Below are positions 1 through 8,840 of a stretch of 32,000 nucleotides of DNA, in pieces (position 1 is the stretch's first letter; every line of letters starts with the position of its first letter). The position numbers and the translations under genes are program-made. The notes beneath the pieces were generated by a model that was not told the DNA's origin, ran no database searches, and saw only the letters and a program-made list of their open reading frames with translations. Origin of the DNA: Candidatus Atelocyanobacterium thalassa isolate ALOHA (GTDB lineage Bacteria; Cyanobacteriota; Cyanobacteriia; Cyanobacteriales; Microcystaceae); contig NC_013771.1 of the NCBI RefSeq assembly GCF_000025125.1, positions 330,001 through 362,000 of the forward strand, in the 5' to 3' direction.

Positions 1-52
1 GAACTGGTAGCCCGTGTAACTGATTAGGATGAATAATATCACTTAAATTCAT
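1..52 (-). CDS. dxs: 1-deoxy-D-xylulose-5-phosphate synthase, first 17 codons only (the gene runs off the left edge of the window)
   Basis: The reverse complement of 1..52 starts with ATG (50..52) and reads MNLSDIIHPNQLHGLPV. This resembles the conserved Dxs N-terminus (I.HPN.L..L). Only 17 residues are visible, so the call is tentative. Confidence 0.45.
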   Translation of the reverse strand, partial: MNLSDIIHPNQLHGLPV

Positions 53-70
53 AATGGTTTACTTTATACC

Positions 71-114
71 ATCTTGATTTGGTTGTTATGTTATCTTGAT
101 TTGATTGTTATATC
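71..114. repeat. Two tandem copies of a 22-nt unit (atcttgatttgGttgttatGtt / atcttgatttgAttgttatAtc)
   Basis: Read directly; 19 of 22 positions are identical. It lies 19 nt upstream of the putative dxs ATG on the minus strand, in the dxs/ftrC divergent spacer. Confidence 0.6.
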
Positions 115-463
115 AAATGATAGAATATTTCTTAGATATAGTAACTTTTATTATGTGTATTTAACTTATTTTTTAATCAGTTAAATTTATTTGTGCTATG
201 TCAAAGATTATTAAACTTATCATTTAGTCATTAATATAAATATATTTGTTGTATTTGTCACATAAAATCATTAATTATGTAAAGTTTAAAAACTTTATTT
301 ATTTTTTATAATCTGATGGTAATAGCCTTTGACTAGAAGATCAACATCATTTTACCTATTTTTTCTATAGATGACCTAATCTGTACACAATACACTCAAA
401 TGACAAAGAATATGTAACAATATTAATTCCATACAATATTTAAAGCTTAACTTTTAATTATCC

Positions 464-829
464 ATGACCACAACAAACTCTAATAATCAACATGATAAAG
501 TACTCAACGCGATGAAAAAGTTTGCTGAACAGTACGCGAAAAGAACAAATACTTATTTCTGTAATGAACCTTCTGTTACAGCGGTAGTTATCGAGGGTCT
601 TTCTAGACATAAAGAAACACTAGGTTCTCCATTATGTCCATGTCGTCACTATGAAGATAAAGTTGCAGAAGTTAAAAGTACTTATTGGAACTGCCCTTGC
701 GTTCCTATGAGAGAACGCAAAGAATGTCATTGCATGTTGTTTTTGACATCAGATAATACATTTGCTGGTAAAGAGCAAAAAATTGATTTAGAATTTATTA
801 AAGAAGTACGAGAAAGTATGTCAAATTAA
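464..829 (+). CDS. ftrC: Ferredoxin-thioredoxin reductase, catalytic (beta) subunit
   Basis: The 121-aa ORF carries the FTR catalytic Cys pattern CPCRHYEDK...WNCPCVPMRERKECHCMLF. Size is typical for FtrC. Confidence 0.9.
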   Translation: MTTTNSNNQHDKVLNAMKKFAEQYAKRTNTYFCNEPSVTAVVIEGLSRHKETLGSPLCPCRHYEDKVAEVKSTYWNCPCVPMRERKECHCMLFLTSDNTFAGKEQKIDLEFIKEVRESMSN

Positions 830-834
830 CAAAT

Positions 835-1230
835 ATGATTGCAGAGAATTTTTTGGAAGGAATTAAACAATTCAATCAACAGGAATTTTATGCTTGTCAT
901 GATACATTAGAGTCTATCTGGATAAAAACAATTGACTTAGATAAACATTTTTATCAAGGCATATTACAGATATCAGTTGGTTGCTATCATCTAATAAATA
1001 ATAATTGGCACGGAGCAGTTACTTTATTAGGAGAAGGAATAAGAAAACTTCGTAAGTATCAACCAAATTATAAAAACGTCAATGTTTCTCAATTTTTAGA
1101 AGAAAGTGAAAATTTATTGACGTATCTTCATGGTGTAAGTCCTGATAGCATTACTGAGATTTCTATGCTTTTAAAATCAGATGCTAAACATTCTTTGTGT
1201 AAACTTCCTTATATTATTATGCTTTCATAG
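835..1230 (+). CDS. DUF309 family protein
   Basis: The 131-aa ORF has the DUF309-like pattern FNQQEFYACHDTLESIW...FYQGILQISVGCYHL..NNWHGAVTLLGEGI. Its start lies 5 nt after the ftrC stop, so co-transcription is likely. Confidence 0.7.
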   Translation: MIAENFLEGIKQFNQQEFYACHDTLESIWIKTIDLDKHFYQGILQISVGCYHLINNNWHGAVTLLGEGIRKLRKYQPNYKNVNVSQFLEESENLLTYLHGVSPDSITEISMLLKSDAKHSLCKLPYIIMLS

Positions 1231-1563
1231 TATGATACACAACAGTATCTATACTGAGTTTCTAGTTGCTATTTTAGCAATTGCCTTTTAAATATAATAG
1301 ATTAGAAATACTATTAACAAGGGCTTAGTAAGTTTCTAAACAACTATTTAATATAAAAAGAACTTGTTTAAAAATTTTTTTACTTAAAAATATTTTTTTG
1401 CACATTTTTTATAATCTTAAAAATTGCCAAGGCATAGTTTTCCTACTAGATACAAAATTAAATTATATAATTTATATTCGCTATTAATTTAATCTTTTTT
1501 AGAAGATTTATTTATTTTTGATATCAGTTAACAAGACGCACTGAAAAGGTTTAATTTTACAAT

Positions 1564-2004
1564 ATGAACAAAAATAATATGAGAAAAAAACTATATCAAA
1601 AAATTATAATAATTTTTTCAGGCTTAGCATTACTTGGTAGTATGGTTATGGCAACTTTTTCTTTTAAGCAATACTCTCCATCTTCATTATCAAAATCAAA
1701 CACAGAGACAATTTACTCTATTGATGAAAGATTATATTCTATTATTCAAGGATATGAGACTGTTTTAGAAAGGGAACCAAATAATATGACAGCTAAACAA
1801 GGTTTAGAAGAAGCTCTAAGAACTTTAGTTGCTAGTCAAATACAAGCAAAAAATTTGGATAAAACTATTCCAATAATGGAAAAGTTGACAACACTAGTAC
1901 CAGAAAATGATCAATACAGAAACATATTAAAACAAATTAAAAATAATACAAATTCAAATACTAAAACAAAAGATCTAAGTGTTTCTGATTCGGCTAATCC
2001 TTAA
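1564..2004 (+). CDS. Hypothetical membrane-anchored protein with a TPR-like helical segment
   Basis: The 146-aa ORF has a basic N-terminus and one hydrophobic helix (IIIIFSGLALLGSMVMATF). A helical region (GYETVLEREPNNMTAKQGLEEAL) follows, then a low-complexity N/S/T tail. I recognise no specific family. Confidence 0.45.
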   Translation: MNKNNMRKKLYQKIIIIFSGLALLGSMVMATFSFKQYSPSSLSKSNTETIYSIDERLYSIIQGYETVLEREPNNMTAKQGLEEALRTLVASQIQAKNLDKTIPIMEKLTTLVPENDQYRNILKQIKNNTNSNTKTKDLSVSDSANP

Positions 2005-2103
2005 TTTTTTTTGAATTTACGCTCGACAGCCGAACGTCGACTTAGTTCTTTACAATTAGCCATTAAAATTTTTAAAAAGAATGTATCTGAAGGCACTCAT
2101 TTC

Positions 2104-2134
2104 GGGAAAGAAATCTCATTTTTATTTCTTTCCC
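2104..2134. terminator. Stem-loop with an 11-bp perfect stem (gggaaagaaat / atttctttccc) and a 9-nt loop
   Basis: The inverted repeat was read directly. It lies 100 nt downstream of the 1564..2004 ORF. It has no clear U-tract, so terminator function is only inferred. Confidence 0.35.
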
Positions 2135-2630
2135 TATATGTTACATATATAATATATAGTCTCTTGAAAAAAGACTTCTAATTTTTTATATCATTTAAAG
2201 CAATATTTATTTAATTAAATTGTAAATTCTCAAATATTAGATAAATGTATATTACAGCTCATAGATATATTCACTGTATATTAAACTGCATTGACAGATT
2301 GTCCTTATTAACTCATTTATCTGGTCATATCCTGAGATGTCAATTGCTTTTTATTAATATAATGACTAATTCACTTTCATCGTTTTTTAAGTTGTTTTGT
2401 CCGTATTAAGCTTTTAAATCTACAGAAAATCCTATTGATTTTGACAATTTAATTTTTCTAGCCATTATTTGTTTATCTGTTCTTGCTATTTTATCGTTGT
2501 AATGACTAACTTCTTCTCATTTAACTAATAAAAATTTTACAAATTATAATAATTAAGTTTCTAATATTTAAAAAAATAACAAATATTATTCTACTTGTTA
2601 TCAGAATATTTAACTCTAGATATTTCAAAA

Positions 2631-2695
2631 TTAAACATTCTGTTGTTTTCTAAAACGTATTTTTATTACGTTTTAGAAAACAACAGAATGTTTAA
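2631..2695. terminator. Long perfect hairpin (about 29-bp stem, 7-nt loop) overlapping the yidC stop codon
   Basis: Arm 2633..2659 (aaacattctgttgttttctaaaacgta) is the exact reverse complement of arm 2667..2693, and the pairing extends by 2 more bp on each side. The yidC stop codon (2692..2694) lies inside the 3' arm. Confidence 0.5.
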
Positions 2696-3828
2696 GAAGT
2701 TTTTTCTTTTTTCTTTGGACGTTTCTCAAAAGGTAATGCTTCTCTGGTTATTTCTTCTTTTTTTTGCTCGTCTACTAACTTCTGCAAATTATCAGGCAGT
2801 GGCTCTCGCATGAGAATCAAACTTTGTAATGTTTGAAAAACATTGGCTACCACAATATACATTAAAACTCCTGCAGGCAAGGGAAAGAATAAGAACATAC
2901 CACTAAATAAAATCGGGGTAATTTTAGTGATTGCTTGTTGTTGTTGTTGTCCACCACCCGAAGAACCCGATAATTCTTGGTTTACATAAATACTGGCACC
3001 AAAAAATAATATCATTGCTAGGATATCCCAATTAATATTTCCATCTTCACCCATAACACCTACCTGGCCTAGTGCTTTAATAAAAAGAAATCCTTTGTTA
3101 GCAGCGATACCAGGAATAGTTGCTTTTATACTAACTTCTCCAGGATATAAGGCTTTAAAGGTTCCATCTTCATAATTTTCTAATCTCTCGGAACCCTTCA
3201 CAACTTCAAATATAGGGTGAATTTTGCTATACGAATCTTGGGAAATTAACTGTGTAAGTTTTTCTCCTTCAACAGTTTGAAATACGACATCTACTTTCTC
3301 ACCTACCTCCAACTTATTACCTTTTGGCAATGATGCCGTTACGGGGAAATGTATTCCATCATTAATATAAATATTGTTAGGCTTAGTTTGAAAAAGTTGT
3401 GAGGTTACTACTTCTATATTTTCTTTAGGTAAAATCTGAGCATCTAGTGTATAGCTAATATCAGCGAATGGTGATCCTCTTAAAGTTGCAAATAAAGCAA
3501 AAAGAATAGGCATTTGCAGTACAAGGGGCAAACAACCTGCTAAGGGATTACCAAATTCTTTCATTAGTTTTCCCATTTCTTCTTGCTGTTTTGCAGAATC
3601 ATCTTTGTAGCGACGTTGAATTTCTTCTTGCCTTTCCTTCATCAGAGGCTGAGTAATTTTCATTTTTCGCATATTGCGAATTTGCCCTGCACTTAAAGGA
3701 TACAAAGCTAAACGAATTACTAATGTCAAAGCAATAATTGAAAAGCCATAACTAGGTACAATCCCATAAAAAAAATCTAGGATTGGTAGCATAATATTTG
3801 TAGAAATAAATCCGATCCCAAAATCCAT
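2692..3828 (-). CDS. yidC: Membrane protein insertase YidC/Oxa1/Alb3 family
   Basis: The 378-aa ORF has multiple TM segments and conserved insertase motifs ([52 protein letters not shown]). It has a basic C-terminal tail. It sits in the classic rpmH-rnpA-yidC neighbourhood. Confidence 0.93.
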   Translation of the reverse strand: MDFGIGFISTNIMLPILDFFYGIVPSYGFSIIALTLVIRLALYPLSAGQIRNMRKMKITQPLMKERQEEIQRRYKDDSAKQQEEMGKLMKEFGNPLAGCLPLVLQMPILFALFATLRGSPFADISYTLDAQILPKENIEVVTSQLFQTKPNNIYINDGIHFPVTASLPKGNKLEVGEKVDVVFQTVEGEKLTQLISQDSYSKIHPIFEVVKGSERLENYEDGTFKALYPGEVSIKATIPGIAANKGFLFIKALGQVGVMGEDGNINWDILAMILFFGASIYVNQELSGSSGGGQQQQQAITKITPILFSGMFLFFPLPAGVLMYIVVANVFQTLQSLILMREPLPDNLQKLVDEQKKEEITREALPFEKRPKKKEKTS

Positions 3829-4263
3829 TCTTCTTAATCCAAATTATTTTTCTAAAAGGTGATCTTTTTGTATAGACTCTATAATAAAGTGAAGAGTAAT
3901 AGTAACTAAAAGTTATCTCATCTTACTTTTAAGTTTAAAGTTTATTTAAATTTAATTATCCAAAATATTTTAATTTATAACTTTAGTATTTTTAAAATAT
4001 AAAGATAATTGAGAATAGATAACTATCATATTTGTGAGCAACAAAATAAGATTATCATATCCAACAGCTAAATGAGTAATTAATGTTCATTTCATAAAGA
4101 TATAACCATTAAAAACAATTACATTTGATTGGTAATAAGAATTTCTCACTATTTTAAAGTAGTAGTATATTTTAATTTTCTAAATAGTTGAATTTAAACA
4201 AATTATGGCTAATTTTAATAAGGTTTTATGTCATCATAAAAAATACCAAAAAATATAATTTTT

Positions 4264-4641
4264 CTAATAACCATAAACAATTTTTGCATTAATCAACAAT
4301 TCTTTTATTTCTCTTAAAAAAATATTGTACTGGCATACTTGAGGTTGCTTCTTGACTACTATAACAACTTGATAGCCTGAAACAATTTTAGGCAAAAAGG
4401 TGCGTATTACTGACTTAACTTGCCGTTTTAAATAATTACGAACTATTGCTTTTTTACTTACTTTTTGGCTGATAGAAATACCAAACTGGGTCGGTAATAT
4501 TTGATGATTTTTATTAGTATCAAACAATGAATGCATTATAAATTGAGAACTTTGATAACATTCTCCTCTCTTATAAACAGATTTAAATGCTTTGTAATGT
4601 CTAAGACGATTATTTTTAGGTAATCCCACTTTTCTCCACAA
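4264..4641 (-). CDS. rnpA: Ribonuclease P protein component
   Basis: The basic 125-aa ORF lies directly downstream of rpmH. It has the GLPKNNRLR motif near its N-terminus. The track start is a TTG at 4641. The in-frame GTG at 4629 (VGLPKNNRL) is the more typical RnpA start. Confidence 0.85.
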   Translation of the reverse strand: MWRKVGLPKNNRLRHYKAFKSVYKRGECYQSSQFIMHSLFDTNKNHQILPTQFGISISQKVSKKAIVRNYLKRQVKSVIRTFLPKIVSGYQVVIVVKKQPQVCQYNIFLREIKELLINAKIVYGY

Positions 4642-4672
4642 TTACTTAAACATTCAGGGGAACGTTATTGAC

Positions 4673-4810
4673 TTAAACAGATAAACGATGTCTTCCTCTT
4701 TTGCGTCTTGCTTGAATGACTTTTCGTCCATTATGATCTCTCATACGTGCTCGGAAGCCTGATGTTCTTTTCTGTTTACGGTTAGTTCCTCCTAGTGTTC
4801 GCTGGGTCAT
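4673..4810 (-). CDS. rpmH: 50S ribosomal protein L34
   Basis: Not in the ORF track (45 aa). Manual translation of the minus strand gives [45 protein letters not shown], with the stop at 4673..4675. A GGAGGA Shine-Dalgarno lies 8 nt upstream. Confidence 0.92.
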   Translation of the reverse strand: MTQRTLGGTNRKQKRTSGFRARMRDHNGRKVIQARRKRGRHRLSV

Positions 4811-4818
4811 GAGCTTGT

Positions 4819-4824
4819 TCCTCC
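4819..4824 (-). promoter_or_regulatory. Shine-Dalgarno sequence of rpmH (GGAGGA)
   Basis: The + strand tcctcc at 4819..4824 gives GGAGGA on the minus strand, 8 nt upstream of the rpmH ATG. Confidence 0.55.
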
Positions 4825-5240
4825 GATAATAATTCTTTAGCTAAACGTTGCAAATATACAAAAGTATATCATAACAAAACACAAGATAAATAGCAAATTC
4901 TGTTCTTTTTTAACATGGTATATTTTCATCCTAATTTTTATATCAGTTCTTACAAACTAAAGTTTTATATTTAAATTAATTATTCTACTTAGCATCATTT
5001 TAAATACAATCGCATTATTTATTACAGAAAAAATATCAATGTATAAGTCTTATATACTGGTGTTTTTTCTTTTAACAGTATTGATTAATAATTAAATTAA
5101 ACTTATCTTTACTAGGTTTTTAGCGCTTCTCATATTTTATTTGTGTCAATATTTTTAATTTTTGAATATGAGTTAGAACTTAACAAGGTAGCTAAAATAT
5201 TAAATATTTCGGATGCTTAAGTTTTGTAATAAAAATAATT

Positions 5241-5993
5241 TTAGAGTTTACCAAATCTTCTTTGTCTATGTTGATATTCTAATAAAGCTTCATAAAAAGT
5301 TTTATATGTAAAATCTGGCCAAAGTGTTGAAGTAACATAAATTTCTGCATAAGCTAATTGCCACAATAAAAAATTGCTTAAACGCATTTCTCCACTAGTA
5401 CGAATTAGCAGATCAGGGTGAGGGATATCTTTAGTGTATAAGTAGTTTTCGAATAGACTTTCATCTATATCGTTTATATTAAGCAAACCCTGCTTAACTT
5501 TCATCGCAATAGTTCGACAACTTTGGACAATTTCCTGACGTCCTCCATAGTTAGTAGCTATTGTGAATTGTACTCCTGTATTATTTTCCGTATTTTTCAT
5601 TGAGCGGAAAATTTCTGATTGTAAAGATGAGGGTAGTTCTTCTAGGTTTCCAACAAAACGTATCTTTACGTTTTCAGCCATCATTTCTTGTAGCTCTCTA
5701 TGTAAAACTGTTTCAAAAAGAGCCATTAAAAATTCTACTTCTTGAAGAGGTCTTCCCCAATTTTCAGTCGAAAAAGCATAGGCTGTCAGGGCAGGAATAC
5801 CTAAGTCTCTACAATAACGAAGTAAATCTTTAAGAGTTCCTACACCTCTTTGATGTCCCACGATTCGAGGAAGTCCACGATTTTTCGCCCAACGGCCATT
5901 GCCATCCATTATGACGGCAATATGGCTTGGGAGGCGCTTTTGATCAAGATCGGTTGGTAAATTTTTCAACACAATAGATTGCTTAACAGTCAT
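5241..5993 (-). CDS. uppS: Undecaprenyl (di-trans,poly-cis) diphosphate synthase
   Basis: The 250-aa ORF has cis-prenyltransferase motifs [20 protein letters not shown] and [15 protein letters not shown]. Its start overlaps the cdaA stop by 4 nt (ATGA). Confidence 0.93.
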   Translation of the reverse strand: MTVKQSIVLKNLPTDLDQKRLPSHIAVIMDGNGRWAKNRGLPRIVGHQRGVGTLKDLLRYCRDLGIPALTAYAFSTENWGRPLQEVEFLMALFETVLHRELQEMMAENVKIRFVGNLEELPSSLQSEIFRSMKNTENNTGVQFTIATNYGGRQEIVQSCRTIAMKVKQGLLNINDIDESLFENYLYTKDIPHPDLLIRTSGEMRLSNFLLWQLAYAEIYVTSTLWPDFTYKTFYEALLEYQHRQRRFGKL

Positions 5994-6919
5994 TTCTTCT
6001 CTTCCGATGAGTTCGATGACGAAATATTAAAAGTTCGTTTAAAAAAAAGTTTTCCTTGTGAGTTAATAGTATGTTTTAAAACATCCCAACCAGGAGCTAC
6101 AGAATTACTGTCAACAATTAGAGAAAAGCGCTGTTGTAATAATTCTTTTAACCTACTATTGGTTAAGGGACGATCTAAAACTCCTTTCTCGGCTAAAGAA
6201 ATAGAGCCTGTTTCCTCAGAAACTACTATACAAAGACATTTATCAAGATTTTCAGTTACCCCAATAGCGGCACGATGTCGAGTTCCTAACTGACGTGAAA
6301 AAGTTTTGTCAGACAAAGGTAAGATAACTCCTGCAGAAATTATTCTAGAACCACGAATGAAAACAGCTCCATCATGAAGTAAGGTTTTAGGCTGAAAAAT
6401 TGTCTGTAATAAGGCCTTAGAAATTTCCCCGTTAACTACTACTCCGGGATCGACAAAAGCCCTAGTATCAATAGATGCTTCTGTCTCAATAACAATTAAT
6501 GCTCCTGTTCTATTTTGAGATAATTCTCGTACTGCCTCTACCAGTTCATCCACTATATTATCTGGTTTAGTGATAGGTCTTCTTTGTTTGAATAGTTGTA
6601 GTATTTTTCCTCTTCCTAGTAATTCTAGAAATCTTCGAAATTCTCCCTGAAAAACGACAGCCATGGATACTGCTGCTCCTAAAACTAATTTTTCTAATAC
6701 GAATTTCAGCAGTGTTAGTTGAAGCTTTTCGCTAATTACTGTTACTAACATTAAAATAATTAGCCCCCGAACCATCCACAAAGTACGACGCTCACCAATA
6801 ACAAGAAGCATCAAATAGGTTAACAACAGCACAAAACTAGTATCAATGCCGCTATGAATCAACCCTGAGGGTATCCAGCGCTGATCAGGAGGCTCACCTA
6901 ACATGATGTAAAATGACAA
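5990..6919 (-). CDS. cdaA: Diadenylate cyclase (c-di-AMP synthase), membrane-anchored CdaA/DacA type
   Basis: N-terminal TM helices are followed by a DisA_N/DAC domain with [14 protein letters not shown] and GTRHRAA motifs. The track start is a TTG at 6919, and an in-frame ATG sits at 6904. The gene lies between lysA and uppS. Confidence 0.88.
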   Translation of the reverse strand: MSFYIMLGEPPDQRWIPSGLIHSGIDTSFVLLLTYLMLLVIGERRTLWMVRGLIILMLVTVISEKLQLTLLKFVLEKLVLGAAVSMAVVFQGEFRRFLELLGRGKILQLFKQRRPITKPDNIVDELVEAVRELSQNRTGALIVIETEASIDTRAFVDPGVVVNGEISKALLQTIFQPKTLLHDGAVFIRGSRIISAGVILPLSDKTFSRQLGTRHRAAIGVTENLDKCLCIVVSEETGSISLAEKGVLDRPLTNSRLKELLQQRFSLIVDSNSVAPGWDVLKHTINSQGKLFFKRTFNISSSNSSEEKK

Positions 6920-6948
6920 GATGGATGATTAGTAAGAACAGAAATAAA

Positions 6949-8385
6949 TTATAGAATGCAATTAGGCAGGAGCCTCTGGGGTAAACAGTCTTGTTTAACT
7001 AGATCGTCATAAGTTTCCCGTCGTACAATCAAATTAGCTTCTCCATGATTAACTAAGACTGCAGCTGGACGTGGAATACGATTATAGTTTGAAGCCATAC
7101 TATAGTTATATGCTCCTGTTCCCATTACTACTAGAATATCTCCTGTATGAGTTTGAGGCAACTGAGCATCTTTAATTATTATATCTCCAGATTCGCAATG
7201 TTTTCCTGCAATAATAAATGTTTCAGTAATTTTTTCTGACATTTTATTACCTATAAGAATACTATAAAGCGATTGATAAGTAATAGGGCGAGGATTATCA
7301 GACATTCCTCCATCAATAGCAAGGTAAGTGTGAAGTCCAGGAATCTCTTTACGACTCCCTACTGTATAAGCAGTTACACCGGCAGAACCTATTAATGATC
7401 TACCAGGTTCTGCTATCAATTTTGGAAATGATAGGTTACTGTCTAGACAGGCTTCCATGACTGATTCACTAACATTTTTAACCCATTCTTCAATACTCGG
7501 AGGATTATCATCAGAGGTATAAGAAATACCTAATCCTCCTCCAATATTTAACTCAGACAAGGTTAATCCAAGTTCTTGAGATTTTTTTAACAATTTAACC
7601 AAAATAAAAGCAAGATCACGATGTGGTTGCTTTTCAAAAATTTGAGACCCTATATGAGAATGCAATCCTCGACAATTTAAAACTTTTTGTTTAATTACGT
7701 AGTTAATTACAGTTTCAAAATCGTTTAGATTAAAGCCAAATTTACTATTCACATGTCCTGTCTTTATATATTCATGAGTATGGCATTCAATTCCCGGGGT
7801 TAATCTCAGTAAAATACGAATAGACTTTTCTGGCAAACAACTGCCAAGTTCTACTAAATTTTGAAGTTCCAGCCAATTATCTACAACTATGTTGCAGTTG
7901 GCTTTTATAGCTAATTCTAATTCATCTAAAGACTTATTATTACCATGAAAGTAAACTCTATTAGCTATTTCTATTTCAGAGTATCCTAATTTTGACATCG
8001 CTATTTGAACAGTGTGAAACTCTCCTCCTGAAACGACATCAAAGCCTAAATTTTCAGTTGCTATGATTCCAACTACTGAGAGGCAGCTCCAAGCTTTTGA
8101 AGCATAAATAACTTGAGATGAGCCTTTGTAATAAAGCTTGAAATTATCTCGATATTGCTTACAAGAAGTTCTTAGAGTTTTTTCATCTAAGATATATAAA
8201 GGAGAGCCAAATTTCTCCACTAAATCTTTAATATTACATTCACCAATTTCTAAGAAATCATCTTCTGTAGTCTTAGATGTTAATGGTAATAAACAATTAT
8301 TGGGTGATTTTTGTAAAATTTCATTAGTATATTTAGATATATAATCTTGTCCTGTACGAAAAATATGTTCTGATTTGGATACCAT
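6949..8385 (-). CDS. lysA: Diaminopimelate decarboxylase
   Basis: The 478-aa ORF shows the PLP-dependent Orn/DAP/Arg decarboxylase pattern: YASKAW, HSHIGSQ, GGGLGISY, EPGRSLIG, CESGD and GAYNYSMASNYN. Confidence 0.93.
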   Translation of the reverse strand: MVSKSEHIFRTGQDYISKYTNEILQKSPNNCLLPLTSKTTEDDFLEIGECNIKDLVEKFGSPLYILDEKTLRTSCKQYRDNFKLYYKGSSQVIYASKAWSCLSVVGIIATENLGFDVVSGGEFHTVQIAMSKLGYSEIEIANRVYFHGNNKSLDELELAIKANCNIVVDNWLELQNLVELGSCLPEKSIRILLRLTPGIECHTHEYIKTGHVNSKFGFNLNDFETVINYVIKQKVLNCRGLHSHIGSQIFEKQPHRDLAFILVKLLKKSQELGLTLSELNIGGGLGISYTSDDNPPSIEEWVKNVSESVMEACLDSNLSFPKLIAEPGRSLIGSAGVTAYTVGSRKEIPGLHTYLAIDGGMSDNPRPITYQSLYSILIGNKMSEKITETFIIAGKHCESGDIIIKDAQLPQTHTGDILVVMGTGAYNYSMASNYNRIPRPAAVLVNHGEANLIVRRETYDDLVKQDCLPQRLLPNCIL

Positions 8386-8736
8386 TATTTCCTGACCTTT
8401 GGTAATTTAATTACTAAAATAATTAAAGAGTCTAAAACCTATTTTAGGAATCCTCCAAATGGTATTTGAAGAATATGTTAAGAATTATAATATGGATTTT
8501 TCTATATCAATATTCATGATAGTGATAACTAGCAATTACTTTGTGGTTTTAAAAATTAGTATATTAAGTACAAAATATATTATGTAAAGTTTGTTATTCA
8601 GTAATCAATAAGACTTGCTTTTATTTATTTTAAATTTAATATTACTTTTACTCAATAAAAATGATGTGAAATATTTGTTATTGCTTCTATTAAACTATTA
8701 ATATTTCTTGAAATTAATAACTAGGTTTGGCTTTGT

Positions 8737-8792
8737 TTATATATAGTTCTAAGATTGCAATTATATAATTGCAATCTTAGAACTATATATAA
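8737..8792. terminator. Perfect 56-nt palindrome (26-28 bp potential stem) downstream of rpsA
   Basis: Region 8739..8790 (atatatagttctaagattgcaattatataattgcaatcttagaactatatat) equals its own reverse complement, and the pairing extends by 2 bp on each side. It lies about 50 nt after the rpsA stop on the minus strand. Confidence 0.5.
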
Positions 8793-8840
8793 TTTAGAGA
8801 AGAAAAAGATTTTTCTTAACAAATTATCAAGGTAGATAAT

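Noticed and set aside
2595-2813. 72-aa + strand ORF overlapping the yidC 3' end
   Set aside because: It starts at a TTG in the spacer, runs through the long palindrome and lies antisense to the yidC tail. Its low-complexity F/L-rich translation is typical of an antisense frame in AT-rich DNA.
2932-2965. Gly/Gln repeat in yidC ([13 protein letters not shown]), seen as ttgttgttgttg on the + strand
   Set aside because: It is a short in-frame low-complexity linker common in cyanobacterial YidC loops, not a meaningful tandem-repeat locus.
5563-5833. Two + strand ORFs (60 and 77 aa) inside uppS
   Set aside because: They are antisense to a well-supported, motif-rich uppS gene. No recognisable domains, so they are shadow ORFs.
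5979-6293. 104-aa + strand ORF across the uppS/cdaA junction
   Set aside because: It is antisense to cdaA and spans the ATGA overlap. No recognisable domains, so it is a shadow ORF.
8138-8344. 68-aa + strand ORF inside lysA
   Set aside because: It is antisense to lysA and has no recognisable domains.
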